This document shows, piece by piece, positions 48,424 through 59,000 of a stretch of DNA of 64,000 nt (position 1 is its first letter; each line of letters begins with the position of its first letter). The notes under the pieces were generated by a model, which ran no database searches, was not told the origin of the DNA, and saw nothing but the letters and a program-made list of their open reading frames with translations. The stretch comes from Ostreococcus lucimarinus (Eukaryota). The stretch lies in assembly GCA_000092065.1 (NCBI GenBank), contig CP000584.1; one strand, given 5' to 3'. The position numbers and the translations under genes are program-made.

Positions 48424-51400
48424 ATGGATGATAAGGTAGAACGGCGCGAGCGCACGGCGCGAGCGCTTCGCGAGGCGGAGTACGCGAAGGCGCAGCGAGG
48501 AAACTTTTTCGTGAGGAATCACGCGCGCGCCAAGCGGTATTGGTACGAGTTGAATCAAAACGATACCTCGTTGTACTTGTTCCCGCCCAGGAGTGGCGTG
48601 CGAAGGAACGCGCAACGATTGATTGCGTGGAAGTGGTTCGAGAGGGTGACGATCATGCTCATCGTGGCGAACTGCTTCACGCTCGCGTTGTACCGGCCGC
48701 TGGAGAAGCACGGACGAACGAATCAAAATTTAGAAGTCGCCGAAACGATCTTTACGGTGATGTTCACGTTGGAGTTTTTAGCGCGCGTGGTGGCGAATAA
48801 CTTTATATTCGGTCCGCCCGAATCGGACGTGTACTTGAGGGATGGATGGCGAGTTTTAGATTTCACCGTCGTCATCGGCGGTTGGGTCTCCGTCGGAGTT
48901 ATGGTCGCTGGTGGATCTGGAGGAGGTCTCACAGCTATTCGAGGTATTCGTGCACTGAGACCACTGCGATCGATTTCAGGGTTCCCTGGATTGCGCGTGT
49001 TCGTCTCGACGACATTTGCGTCGATGGGTATGGTTAGGGATGTCGTGTTTTTCCTCTTCGTCGTAATGATAGTCTTGGGTATCCTCGGCGTGCAGCGCTA
49101 CGCGGGTAAGCTGTCGAACAGATGCGCGTACGCAAGCACACTCGATCTCGTCATGGAACAAATCGAGTTTCCGTGCTCAAAATCTACCGGCGGTCGTTCT
49201 TGTGGACCCATGCAAGTGTGCATCGCTACTGCGTTGACGGGCATGGACGACGGTCATTCAACTTTCAACAACATCATGGGTGCGGGATTTATAATTTATA
49301 GAGTTTTGACATTGCGTGGGTGGACAGATTTGATGTATCAAGTCATAGACGCCACCGGTGATCGTGTTTTGGCGATAATTTACTTCATCATCATCGTCGC
49401 CGTCGGCGCAATTTTTGTTTCATCCTTTATGTTGGCGGCGGTGACGACAAAGTATCGACAGACGGCAATTTTAGACGAAAAAAGGGCGCTGGACGCCGAG
49501 ACGGAAGACAAATCGAAAGCGTTGAGCAATCCAAAAAGTAAGAGAGTGCTGGCGAGCAGGAGGGCGGGCCGATTTAGCTATGGAGAGCGCCTGGAGCGAA
49601 TGATGGAACGACCGTTGGCGTTCATGCGGCGGGAGTTCATCTACCAGCGTTGGCTGCAGATGTTTGTGAAGCACAAGTATTTCGAAAATGGTATAACTAG
49701 TGCGATTGTGGTAAATACAATCATACTGGCGGTGCACTTTCGTGGTATGGGGAGCGAGATGGAGACAGCTGTGAATAATCTGAATTACTTGCTTTTGTCA
49801 GTCTTCGTGTTCGAGTTGGTGATGAAAGTACTCGCATTCGGAATTTTAGGATATAGCAAGGATCGCTACAATTTGTTCGACGCGACTGTTGTCACTGCCG
49901 GTCTGATAGAGCTGGCATATCGTAACAGCAGCTTGGCCGTCGCACGCGCGTTCCGTCTGTTGCGAGTGATGCGCACGACTCGCCTCATCACAAGAAACAA
50001 GAACATGCGGCGTTTGATAGATACCACCATGGAGAGCTTCAGTGCTATTCTGAACTTTTGCGGTGTCCTATTCGTCTTTGTTTTCGTCTTCACGGTTTTA
50101 GGCATGCAGCTATTTGGTGGACGCGACGAGTTTTGGGATGCGCGGCCGAATTTCAACACCTTTGGGGATAGTTTTCTCTCTGTATTCGAGATTCTGACGG
50201 GATCGCATTGGTACAAGTTGATGCTCGTCGCCATGAGTGGCTCGTACGGCGCCCCTGCAGCCTTGTTTTTCATTTGCTGGTCCTTCATCGGTTCATTTGT
50301 GCTGTTGAATCTCATCGCGGCGATGCTCATTGACACATTTTCACGCACGATGCGAGCAAAGGAGCTCGAACTCGAGCGTTTGCGCGAGGAAAAGAAAGAG
50401 ACGGAACGCCGAGAGGCCGAGGCCAAACGTCAACGAGAAATCAATACTCTTCTCGAGGGAAACAATGATGATGAGATGGATAAGGTGGAAGTGCACCAGG
50501 AAGGCATAAGCACGGAGTTAACACGGTTGATGAAACCAAACGAGATTCGACGCCATCCGGATGCCAAGCGCATCGTGAATAGGATGAATACACGCAAACA
50601 GCGAGCATTTGCGAGAGAGGTGCAGCTGATAGAAAGGTGGCTGGAGATAATAGGTTTCACAGAAAATGATAGTGATGTTGACAGCGATAGTGAAGACAAC
50701 GCGGTGGATGCCAATGAACAGCTCGTCAAGGACCGAGCACTTTTAGTTGACGAGTTGGCGGTTGATGATGGCGTGCCAGAGAGCCAACTGACGACGCTCA
50801 TGCGAGAAAAGGCATCTAGAAAAGTATCCGCACTTGTCGCTACTGGTATCCCGATTCCCATGGATGATCGCCAGGTAAGGGCGGCCTATCGACGTTGGAG
50901 AATTGACGCGGCGGCGGAACAAGGCAGCGATAGCGACGAAGACATGAATATCCAGAACACAAACACACTACGGGATGAGTACGGCGGTACAGCGGACGGC
51001 ACGGCTGCCAGTGCAATGGAGGTCCGAAGACACTTGCAAGAACATGCGCTCGCTGAACTTCGACGCAGTCTGTTGGAGCGTAGCGGCGAGTCGGGTACTA
51101 AAGACGCGCTTCAATGGGCGTCGCAGGCGCCCACAATTGGCTTGGCGATGAAGAGCGCGGAGGCTCGGATGCGACCAGAAGAACAAACTGCGATCATCGC
51201 ACAACGTCGAGCGGAGGGCAACAAAAGTGGTCATCTCGGCAAATTCAAAGGAGACGGAATGAGCGCCGAAGGCGCTGCCGCAATCGCCGAGGCAAATTTG
51301 CTGAGCATGCGAATTCGCGAATCAGAGCGCTTGGAAGCTATAAAGAAGAAACGTGGCCAATCAGTCGACGAGGACGTGCCCGCGGCGTCCGACGACGTCG

Positions 51401-53838
51401 ACGCCAACGATGGACTAGCTCCATCACCTGTCAATCCGCCGACGGAGCGGAAGACGGCTTCTTGGCGCGCCAGGGTGAAATCTACGCAGCCTGGCGAAGA
51501 ACGCAAGTCGTTGTCGGAATCGCTGCGAGGTATGGCTGATAGACCAAGACCCGGTCCCGTGACAGAGTCTTTCAACGAAGATAACATATCTAGTGCGTCA
51601 CCGAGCAGAGATGGAGATACGATGTCAAATTCACACTCGGCACGAAGTCCCCGCAACTCGCGTTCACGCGGTTCGCAAACAACTGGAGATTCTGCGCACG
51701 CGTACAACACCCTCGTGCCCATCGTGGAGTATACGTCGATGCCACCCTTGCTGAACATAGACTACAGCCTCCCGAGGATATCCGAAGACGTACACGCCGG
51801 TAAAGCCAGGAAGGCGTTGGGATTACCCGTGCGTGACATCGTTGTTGATGAGACGAAAATTGACAAATCTTCAAAGAAGAACATCGCCGAAGAGGACTGG
51901 TTACGCAATGCCGGTGCGACAAAGGATGAGATTTGCATGATGTACCCGTCGTTGGGTTTCATCAAGCCGCGACGCCCGATGCGACGTTTGCTATTCATGC
52001 TTATCAAGCATCCCGCGTTTGAGGCGCTCATGCTCGTTCTCATCGTATTCTCGTGCATCCAGCTCGCGCTCGACGCGCCCACAGTGCATCCAGAAAGTGA
52101 TTTGGCCAGCGTTCTCAAAGCAGCGGACGTATCTTTCACGCTCATATTTTTGGGCGAGGCAATCATAAAAGTAATTGCGATGGGCTTCGTTATGCACCCA
52201 GGAGCATACCTTCGATCTCCTGCGAACTGCTTTGACTTTTTCATTGTCATCGTATCGCTCGCCGTCGAAACCATGAGCGCGTCAGCACTGAAGTCTATGC
52301 GCAGCTTCAGGTTATTTCGAGCTCTGCGTCCTTTGCGCCTGTTAAATCGAGTTAAGAGTATGCAAATCGTCGTTGCGACGCTGCTTCACGTCCTACCTGA
52401 TCTTGGGAGTGTGATGCTGTTGGGATTGTTTCAGTTTTTGATTTTCGCAATTCTGGGCTCGCAGTTATTTGCTGGTAAATTTGATTACTGCAACGACCCT
52501 ACGGTCTCTGGAATGCACGCGTGCGTCGGGACGTTCGTTGACGAGAAAGGTGCACACGTGACTCGCCGGTGGCTCAATCCGCCACTGAACTTCGATAACA
52601 CCCTGCTCGCTCTACTGAGTCTCTTCGTCATCGTCACACGTGACGGATGGCTTTCTGTAGCGTTTCAAGGCATGGACTCAACGGATACGGACTTGCAGCC
52701 ATCTTTAAACAACAGTGGCTGGACAGCTATTTATTTTTTGAGCTTTATTGTGATCCTCTCTTTCGTCTGGTTGAGTATGATCGTCGCCCTCGTGTGCGAG
52801 AGTTACAAGAAGGCTTGTGTGTTGAGCAACTCGACGCAGACGCTCAACGCCGAGCAGCAAGAGTGGGCGGAAGTTTTGCGTATGAAAAAACACGACGCCG
52901 AGCTCAAAATATTGGATGACGACACAACCGGGGCGCCACGGTTTTTCATTCGAAAATCGGCTTACTCCTTAGCCACGAACCCTCGATTTGAGGCTTTCAT
53001 CGTTGGCTGCATCATTGCCAACACTATCACCATGGCGTCGTATCACGACGGACAACCGAAAGCCTATGCCGAAATTCAACGAGCGGCGAATGTGTTTTTC
53101 TCTTGGATCTTCTTGTTAGAGCTCTCGTTGAAAATGGTCGCACTGTTCCCGAAACGTTACTTTTCAGAGCGCTGGAACGTGTTTGATTTCATCATCGTCG
53201 TGGCTAGTATTCCCGACCTCGCAGGTGTGGATTTCGCCGGTACCACGGTGCTCCGCGTCATCCGACTTGGACGCGCGCTACGTCTGTTTAAACAAGCGAA
53301 GGGTCTACGTACGGTTTTCAATACGCTATTGAGCTCCTTTGAAAGCGCGTTTAACGTCGTTTTCCTGATATTCATGTTGATGTTTGTGTACGCGGTGCTT
53401 GGCATGAATCTCTTCGGCGACTACGAAACCACGTATCCGAGTGGACGTGTGGAGAACTTTCGGAACTTTGGCGCATCGCTTATGGTTCTCTTGCGAGTCA
53501 TCACGCGTGATAATTGGAAGCGTATCATGTTCGACACGATGAAATGTGAATACAATGTGGACGGCGTCGCGGCGAATTGCAGTTACATCTTCGTCCCGGC
53601 GCTCTTCTTCACGAGCTTCATATTGTTGGGGGCGTACGTGTTGTTGAGCCTTATCATCGCCTCCATTTTGGACAAATTTACTGAAAACGCTGTGAACGAG
53701 GGCCTGCTTTCGACGGCGAATATATTCGTCACTGTCCGTCGAAAGTTGCTGCTTGACACGTTTTCCACCAAGCTCAAGATGAAGCTCGACTCGTTCAAAG
53801 TGAAGAAGCCCACGAGAGGGGCACGAAAGAAAAAGTAG
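48424..53838 (+). CDS. Four-domain (24-TM) voltage-gated cation channel, Cav/Nav superfamily, 1,804 aa
   Basis: ATG at 48424 verified. Four S1-S6 repeats, each with an Arg-every-third S4: DI 'IRGIRALRPLRSISGFPGLRV', DII 'FRLLRVMRTTRLITRNK', DIII 'MRSFRLFRALRPLRLLNRVKS', DIV 'LRVIRLGRALRLFKQAKGLR'. P-loops align unambiguously to Cav1 ('GWTDLMY', 'ILTGSHW', 'TRDGW', 'TRDNW'). The II-III linker is about 530 aa and coiled-coil rich. Everything in track ORF 47815.. before 48424 is antisense to the Rca-like gene. Confidence 0.85.
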   Translation: MDDKVERRERTARALREAEYAKAQRGNFFVRNHARAKRYWYELNQNDTSLYLFPPRSGVRRNAQRLIAWKWFERVTIMLIVANCFTLALYRPLEKHGRTNQNLEVAETIFTVMFTLEFLARVVANNFIFGPPESDVYLRDGWRVLDFTVVIGGWVSVGVMVAGGSGGGLTAIRGIRALRPLRSISGFPGLRVFVSTTFASMGMVRDVVFFLFVVMIVLGILGVQRYAGKLSNRCAYASTLDLVMEQIEFPCSKSTGGRSCGPMQVCIATALTGMDDGHSTFNNIMGAGFIIYRVLTLRGWTDLMYQVIDATGDRVLAIIYFIIIVAVGAIFVSSFMLAAVTTKYRQTAILDEKRALDAETEDKSKALSNPKSKRVLASRRAGRFSYGERLERMMERPLAFMRREFIYQRWLQMFVKHKYFENGITSAIVVNTIILAVHFRGMGSEMETAVNNLNYLLLSVFVFELVMKVLAFGILGYSKDRYNLFDATVVTAGLIELAYRNSSLAVARAFRLLRVMRTTRLITRNKNMRRLIDTTMESFSAILNFCGVLFVFVFVFTVLGMQLFGGRDEFWDARPNFNTFGDSFLSVFEILTGSHWYKLMLVAMSGSYGAPAALFFICWSFIGSFVLLNLIAAMLIDTFSRTMRAKELELERLREEKKETERREAEAKRQREINTLLEGNNDDEMDKVEVHQEGISTELTRLMKPNEIRRHPDAKRIVNRMNTRKQRAFAREVQLIERWLEIIGFTENDSDVDSDSEDNAVDANEQLVKDRALLVDELAVDDGVPESQLTTLMREKASRKVSALVATGIPIPMDDRQVRAAYRRWRIDAAAEQGSDSDEDMNIQNTNTLRDEYGGTADGTAASAMEVRRHLQEHALAELRRSLLERSGESGTKDALQWASQAPTIGLAMKSAEARMRPEEQTAIIAQRRAEGNKSGHLGKFKGDGMSAEGAAAIAEANLLSMRIRESERLEAIKKKRGQSVDEDVPAASDDVDANDGLAPSPVNPPTERKTASWRARVKSTQPGEERKSLSESLRGMADRPRPGPVTESFNEDNISSASPSRDGDTMSNSHSARSPRNSRSRGSQTTGDSAHAYNTLVPIVEYTSMPPLLNIDYSLPRISEDVHAGKARKALGLPVRDIVVDETKIDKSSKKNIAEEDWLRNAGATKDEICMMYPSLGFIKPRRPMRRLLFMLIKHPAFEALMLVLIVFSCIQLALDAPTVHPESDLASVLKAADVSFTLIFLGEAIIKVIAMGFVMHPGAYLRSPANCFDFFIVIVSLAVETMSASALKSMRSFRLFRALRPLRLLNRVKSMQIVVATLLHVLPDLGSVMLLGLFQFLIFAILGSQLFAGKFDYCNDPTVSGMHACVGTFVDEKGAHVTRRWLNPPLNFDNTLLALLSLFVIVTRDGWLSVAFQGMDSTDTDLQPSLNNSGWTAIYFLSFIVILSFVWLSMIVALVCESYKKACVLSNSTQTLNAEQQEWAEVLRMKKHDAELKILDDDTTGAPRFFIRKSAYSLATNPRFEAFIVGCIIANTITMASYHDGQPKAYAEIQRAANVFFSWIFLLELSLKMVALFPKRYFSERWNVFDFIIVVASIPDLAGVDFAGTTVLRVIRLGRALRLFKQAKGLRTVFNTLLSSFESAFNVVFLIFMLMFVYAVLGMNLFGDYETTYPSGRVENFRNFGASLMVLLRVITRDNWKRIMFDTMKCEYNVDGVAANCSYIFVPALFFTSFILLGAYVLLSLIIASILDKFTENAVNEGLLSTANIFVTVRRKLLLDTFSTKLKMKLDSFKVKKPTRGARKKK

Positions 53839-54035
53839 GACTCGATGAAAGTGTCGAGTGTGTAAAGTAGCTCTATGAAATGGAAATGATTATAAATGGT
53901 CACTTAAGCATGATTTACAGCGGTCTGCGATGTGGTTACAGAGGCGGCAGTGAAGAATACAGGTGAGTCAATAGAAGTCAATCGACTTCAGCGCGCGTGC
54001 GTTTCTGATGAATGTTCGTAAATGGTACCAGTGGA

Positions 54036-55346
54036 TTATTTTTCAGTCTTTTCTTTCTGCTCGGATGTTTCATTCTCAGTCTTGATGGCTTTTATCTTTG
54101 CCGACGTTGTCGCCGTTACGGAAGTGTTTGCGGCGGGCGCCACCGAGCCAAAGCCGTATGGATTTTGCATCGCTCCTTGGAACTGTTGCATTTGAATGAA
54201 GTGCGCCGCCATCTGCTGGTTAAACATCTGTTGCTGAATCGCTTGGAAAACTGCCGGATTTGAATGATCTTGCTGATCTGTGAATTGCGCCCACGGATTC
54301 TGGAACAGCGATGAGTACTGCATCGCCGACATCACGTTTCCAGAGCCGGGCGCCCGAGCGGCCGGGGCGTACGTAGTCGTCGCCGCGGTGGCAGCTGTAG
54401 GATAAGAAGGCGTCGGATGCGATAAACAGTCTGTTTTAAGCGCAGCCTCAGAGATGGGCGTGGCTGGTGCGACGTGCGCGCCGCTCAGCGCAGGTTGTGG
54501 TAGGGACGCCGAATTCTGCATGCCGCCAAATGGGAACATGCTCTTGTTCCAAAACTGCATCCCCCAGCGCGAGGCGGCTGACATTATGGCTGCCGAAGCC
54601 GCCGCAGCGGCCGCAGCTTGAGCTTGGGCGTGCTTGTCGCTCGTCGACAACATACCCGCGTTCACGTATCCCGCGACGGTCGGGTCGATGCCCCACCCTG
54701 AGACGTTGTAGCCCATCGCGGCGGTGTCGCCTACGGGCGCTTGTTGCGACCCTTCCGCGCTCCCTTGCTCATCGGTGGGCGATCGGTCGCGCAGCGCGGT
54801 GTCTGAACCAGCGTTCGACCCGTTGGTGTTCCATCCCGAGGGCTGTCGTCCGCCGTAACCCGAGTTCATGCCTTCGCCTTGCTCGGCTTCGGTGGCGCTT
54901 CCGTCTGAGGAACCGTCGCGCTTGGTTCGCGCCGTCTTGCTCCGATTTCTGTTCGAGCCCTTCTCAGCGGGCGTCGCCGGCGTGCATCTCGCCCGCTTAC
55001 CGCCAACATGTTGATCATCGTTGCCCTGCGCAACCGCGAATCGCCCCCGTACATCCTTGAGCGAATTCTTCTTTCTCCGTCCCGCGCCCACGCGCACGTT
55101 GCGCAACGACCCGCCTTCGGTCCAATACCTGCAACACTTCTTACAGTAGAACCTCGGCTGCTTGATGTTGTAATTGTTATAGTAACAAAACTTCGTATCG
55201 TCGCTCTTACACCGCGGGCACGCCACCGCGTAATCCGGCTTCGGCAAAGGTTCGCGCTTCTTCTCGTCGCCGCCGACCTCCGTCTTCGCGCGCGCACGCT
55301 TCCCCGCGTTCGCCGCATCACCGTCCCCGCTCGCGCGCGCGTTCAT
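54036..55346 (-). CDS. DOF: Dof-type zinc-finger transcription factor
   Basis: The track start is TTG. The first ATG is at 55344-55346 (verified). The C2C2 Dof domain '[45 protein letters not shown]' is a textbook match. It is followed by a long low-complexity Q/A/S-rich region, and the gene's 3' third has lower GC. Confidence 0.8.
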   Translation of the reverse strand: MNARASGDGDAANAGKRARAKTEVGGDEKKREPLPKPDYAVACPRCKSDDTKFCYYNNYNIKQPRFYCKKCCRYWTEGGSLRNVRVGAGRRKKNSLKDVRGRFAVAQGNDDQHVGGKRARCTPATPAEKGSNRNRSKTARTKRDGSSDGSATEAEQGEGMNSGYGGRQPSGWNTNGSNAGSDTALRDRSPTDEQGSAEGSQQAPVGDTAAMGYNVSGWGIDPTVAGYVNAGMLSTSDKHAQAQAAAAAAASAAIMSAASRWGMQFWNKSMFPFGGMQNSASLPQPALSGAHVAPATPISEAALKTDCLSHPTPSYPTAATAATTTYAPAARAPGSGNVMSAMQYSSLFQNPWAQFTDQQDHSNPAVFQAIQQQMFNQQMAAHFIQMQQFQGAMQNPYGFGSVAPAANTSVTATTSAKIKAIKTENETSEQKEKTEK

Positions 55347-56020
55347 CGTCGGCACCCCCGCATTTCGTTGCGACTGCAACCTCTGTTCTTTCGCCGCGTT
55401 CGCCTCCGCCGCTTGTCGCCGCACCTCGCGCGCCTTGGCGTTCGAAGTCGCCCGCGCCCGCGCGTTATCCGACGCGCGCAATTCCGACGCTGGAATCGCG
55501 GCGAATATCGCATCCTACGTCGTCGAAAAGCCCCGATCGCGCGCGCAGTTCCGTCAGTCATTTACGTTCGCACCATTTCGCGCCGTCATCGCTCGCATAG
55601 CTCGTCGCGGCTTCGCGCGTCGTCGCGACTTCGCGCGTCATCGCGACGTCGCATCGCTTCATCTCGCACCAATCCCGTCGCCGCGCGCGGTTCTGCCTTC
55701 GCGCGATCGTCACCGCCGTCGTCGCGCACGACCGCGACGGAAATCCCCTCGCTCGCCGCGCGCGCGGGGGGGGTCCGCATCGCGTCGCGTCGTCGTCTCG
55801 CGCGCGGCACGCGTCGCGTCGCGGTCGCCGCGGATTGATTGTCGTTCGCGGCGCCCGGTGCCGACGCGGGGGGGCGCTCGATGGCGAGTCACGACTCGAG
55901 CGCGACCCTCGACCGATCGCTTTTTCTCTTTCGGCGATTTTTTCAACCGACGACGTCGACGGGCGTTTGGAGCCGCGCGAAGTGGATAAGATTGAAGATT
56001 TTTATTTTCGCGTGGGCGCG

Positions 56021-59000
56021 CTAGGCGAAGGGGGACGACGCGGCGACGCGCGGACGCGGGGAACCGTCGGCGCGGGCGTCGGACGGTTTGAGCGACGACG
56101 CTTCGAGGCGCTCGATTTTCGATGCCGCGGATTTTAAACCGTCGAGCGCGGCGACGAGGGCGGATTCGTCGGCGTTGGCGGGGGACGACGTCAAGTCGTC
56201 GCACGACAACGCGTCGCACTGGTCTCGAAGACTGGCGGTGACGTCGAAACCGAGCGCGGCTTGGTCGACGGCGCGCGGGAAGACCGCGAGGAAGTCACAC
56301 GCGGCGCGCGCGGCTCGATAGAGGGCCACGGCGACGGCTTCGGAGTACGCATTGCCAGTCTTTCGCGTCGAGGCGTCGGCGATGGGCGAGCCGTGCGGCG
56401 CCGTACCGATGAGCGGCGACGTGGGTTCGCGCACGGAGTCACCTCTCGCGGTGGCTTGGAACCATGCCTGAGTGGCACGCGTCGCCGGTGGTTTTGCCGC
56501 CAACGTTTCATCGGCTCGCGTCTTTCGAGGACATCGCAAGCCCCCGACAACCTGAGGCGCGGCGAACCATCGAAGAAAGCTCACGCACGCCACGCGACAG
56601 CGCATCTGGCCTTCGGGCGAAGAAACTTGCCACTGCGCACCGAAAGTGGACGCGAGACGGCTGAAGAACAACGCCGTCACTTCGACTTCCTTGAGCGTCG
56701 CGAGTGTGATCTCTTTTGGCGCCAAAGCGGCGAGCATTCGAGCTTCCAACGCCGCGCAAAAGCGAACGAGATCAGCCCCGACGTCTACAGAGTGCACGGC
56801 GAGCGGCGATCCCGCGAGCATGGCGGTGACGCGCAGAGCGGAGCAATATATATCGTGATTTGTCGTGTTGTGACGTTCGGCCTTGTTTGACTCGACGCAC
56901 AAGATGGCGAGAAGACGGACGGTGTCCGACGCGAGTAAAATCTCCGCTCCTTGATCGCTCTTGGAAAGGCTCAGGCACGTGTTTAGAGCGGCGATGGTCA
57001 CACTGTCGACGTCGTCGTCGCCTGTCGCCGGCCGGAGCGCCGGCATTATCTTGTAGGTACTGAGCACTTGAAGCAGCGCCGACGTCGGAAGCAGGTCGCT
57101 GGCGATGTCTGCGAGCAACATGAGCGCCACGCTCGATGTCGTCGAAGCCTTAGCGTTATTCGTTCCAGAGTCCCCTGCAGCAGCTTGGCAAATGAGAGGT
57201 ATGAGAGGCAACGCGGACTGGCCAAGCTCATAACTCGGCTGCACTGTCTTAGCAGATTGCATTCCGGCGCGCCACGCTCGGATGGCGAACAGCATGGCGG
57301 TGAGCAATGGGTTCACGAGAGACGCCGCTTCTCGCGATGGCGATCCCGAAGCGCTTGTTCGAGGAGCCAAAACCGTCGACACAACCAATATCACGCGCTG
57401 CACCGGTTCGAAATCGTTCTCCGCTGGTGTCTGAGGTGACGCACTGGATACTGAAACGCTCCACAACTGTGTCACGACGGACAACAACGTGGCCATTTCA
57501 TTCGCCAACGGGCTGACGTAGGAAGGCATGCTCGCTGAATCCGTCACGATGATCTTCTGCAAACGCTCAGCGACGTTCAATACGAGATCTCTTCGACTAT
57601 CTCTCGAAAGCCCATCGAGGAGAGTTTTCGGCGCACCTGTCGTCGTTGAGGCAGGTTGCGTGAACACCCCGGCGTGCATCTTCGGCAACTCACCAAAGGC
57701 GGCAGCGGCGATGAAGGAGCTCAACGAACAGATAGCGGACGACTGCGCGTCTGTGATCGACGACAGTAGGCACGTCTCGGCGAGCTGAGCGCTCATCGCA
57801 CGCCCCATGTCTGCTAGGGCTCCTTCGGGTGCGCCCCACTGATCGTCCGCGTTCGAACCCACACATCCCGTAGCGACGCGAATCCAATAGGAGTCGTACA
57901 AATACGATTCACCGTACTCAGCAGTACCAGCGACGCTGAGAGGAGCCGGAGCGAACGCCACGGCCTCGACGTGCATATCGCGGGCCGCCTGCACGAGTCT
58001 ATGCACCGCATCGGCTGACATAATAGAGCTCGGGCTTTGTGTAGCCGCCTCTCGAGCGACGGCTTCTAGAATTGCGACATTCGACGCCCCAGACGCTCTC
58101 AAATCTTTCGCCGACGCGTGCGAGAGCAAAGCGTCTCTGATTTTTCCACACATCCACTGTAATGTCGCGTCTGCCATCAACGGCGAGCGCTTCGCACTCA
58201 TATCTTCGCGCTCAAGAACCGATATGCATTGCAGAACGAACGCTTGCGCGGCGAATTGCGTCTTTTGGCGCGACAAAGCGCAACTCTCGTGCGAGAGACA
58301 CGTATCAATCCATGAACTGATGCGTGAGTTCGCGCACCATTCTCGTACCTGCGCGTTAAACGTCGCGCTCGACGTCCCGTCGAGAGCATTCATAGACGAC
58401 TCCGCTTCGATGGCGAATAGCGAAAGCACAGAACTAGCCGCGCTCAAGCTATGCGCCACCGCCGGTGGAGTAACTTCCTTCTCCGGTTGATCCACGCACG
58501 TCGCCAGTCTTTTCCACAACTCGACGTCCTTGACCTTGAGTGTCTGAATAGACTCGATGAGAAGTGGCTGGCGGCGCCAGAGAGCATCGAGCATGCGCAA
58601 AAGTGCCGCCAGGCAACGGGGCGACTGCGAGCGTATCTTTGTGGTGTCCTCGAGGATGTCCCACACTAAAGCCAACGCTCCTTCAACAGTCTTTTTCGTC
58701 TTTGTCGGGAGCGGCGGCGTCGGTGGTGGTTGCGTCGTAGGCGTCGTAGGTGCGAGAGCATTTGTCGGCGTCGTAGGTGCGGCAAGTGCGCCGGAAGCAG
58801 TCGGAGCTGGTAATGAAGCGGGGCGCTCTTCTTCGGGCTCTTTTTCGGGCACGAGTAAGGTGGCGACCCATTCCGGCTGATTTGCGATACCTGCGCTGAG
58901 TAAATCTGCGATGTCACACACGGCGTCCAAATCAGCGTGCTTGAACATGTGCTGCATCGAGCTCAGAATCTCCGCTCGATCTTGTCTGTCTAGCGTTGCA

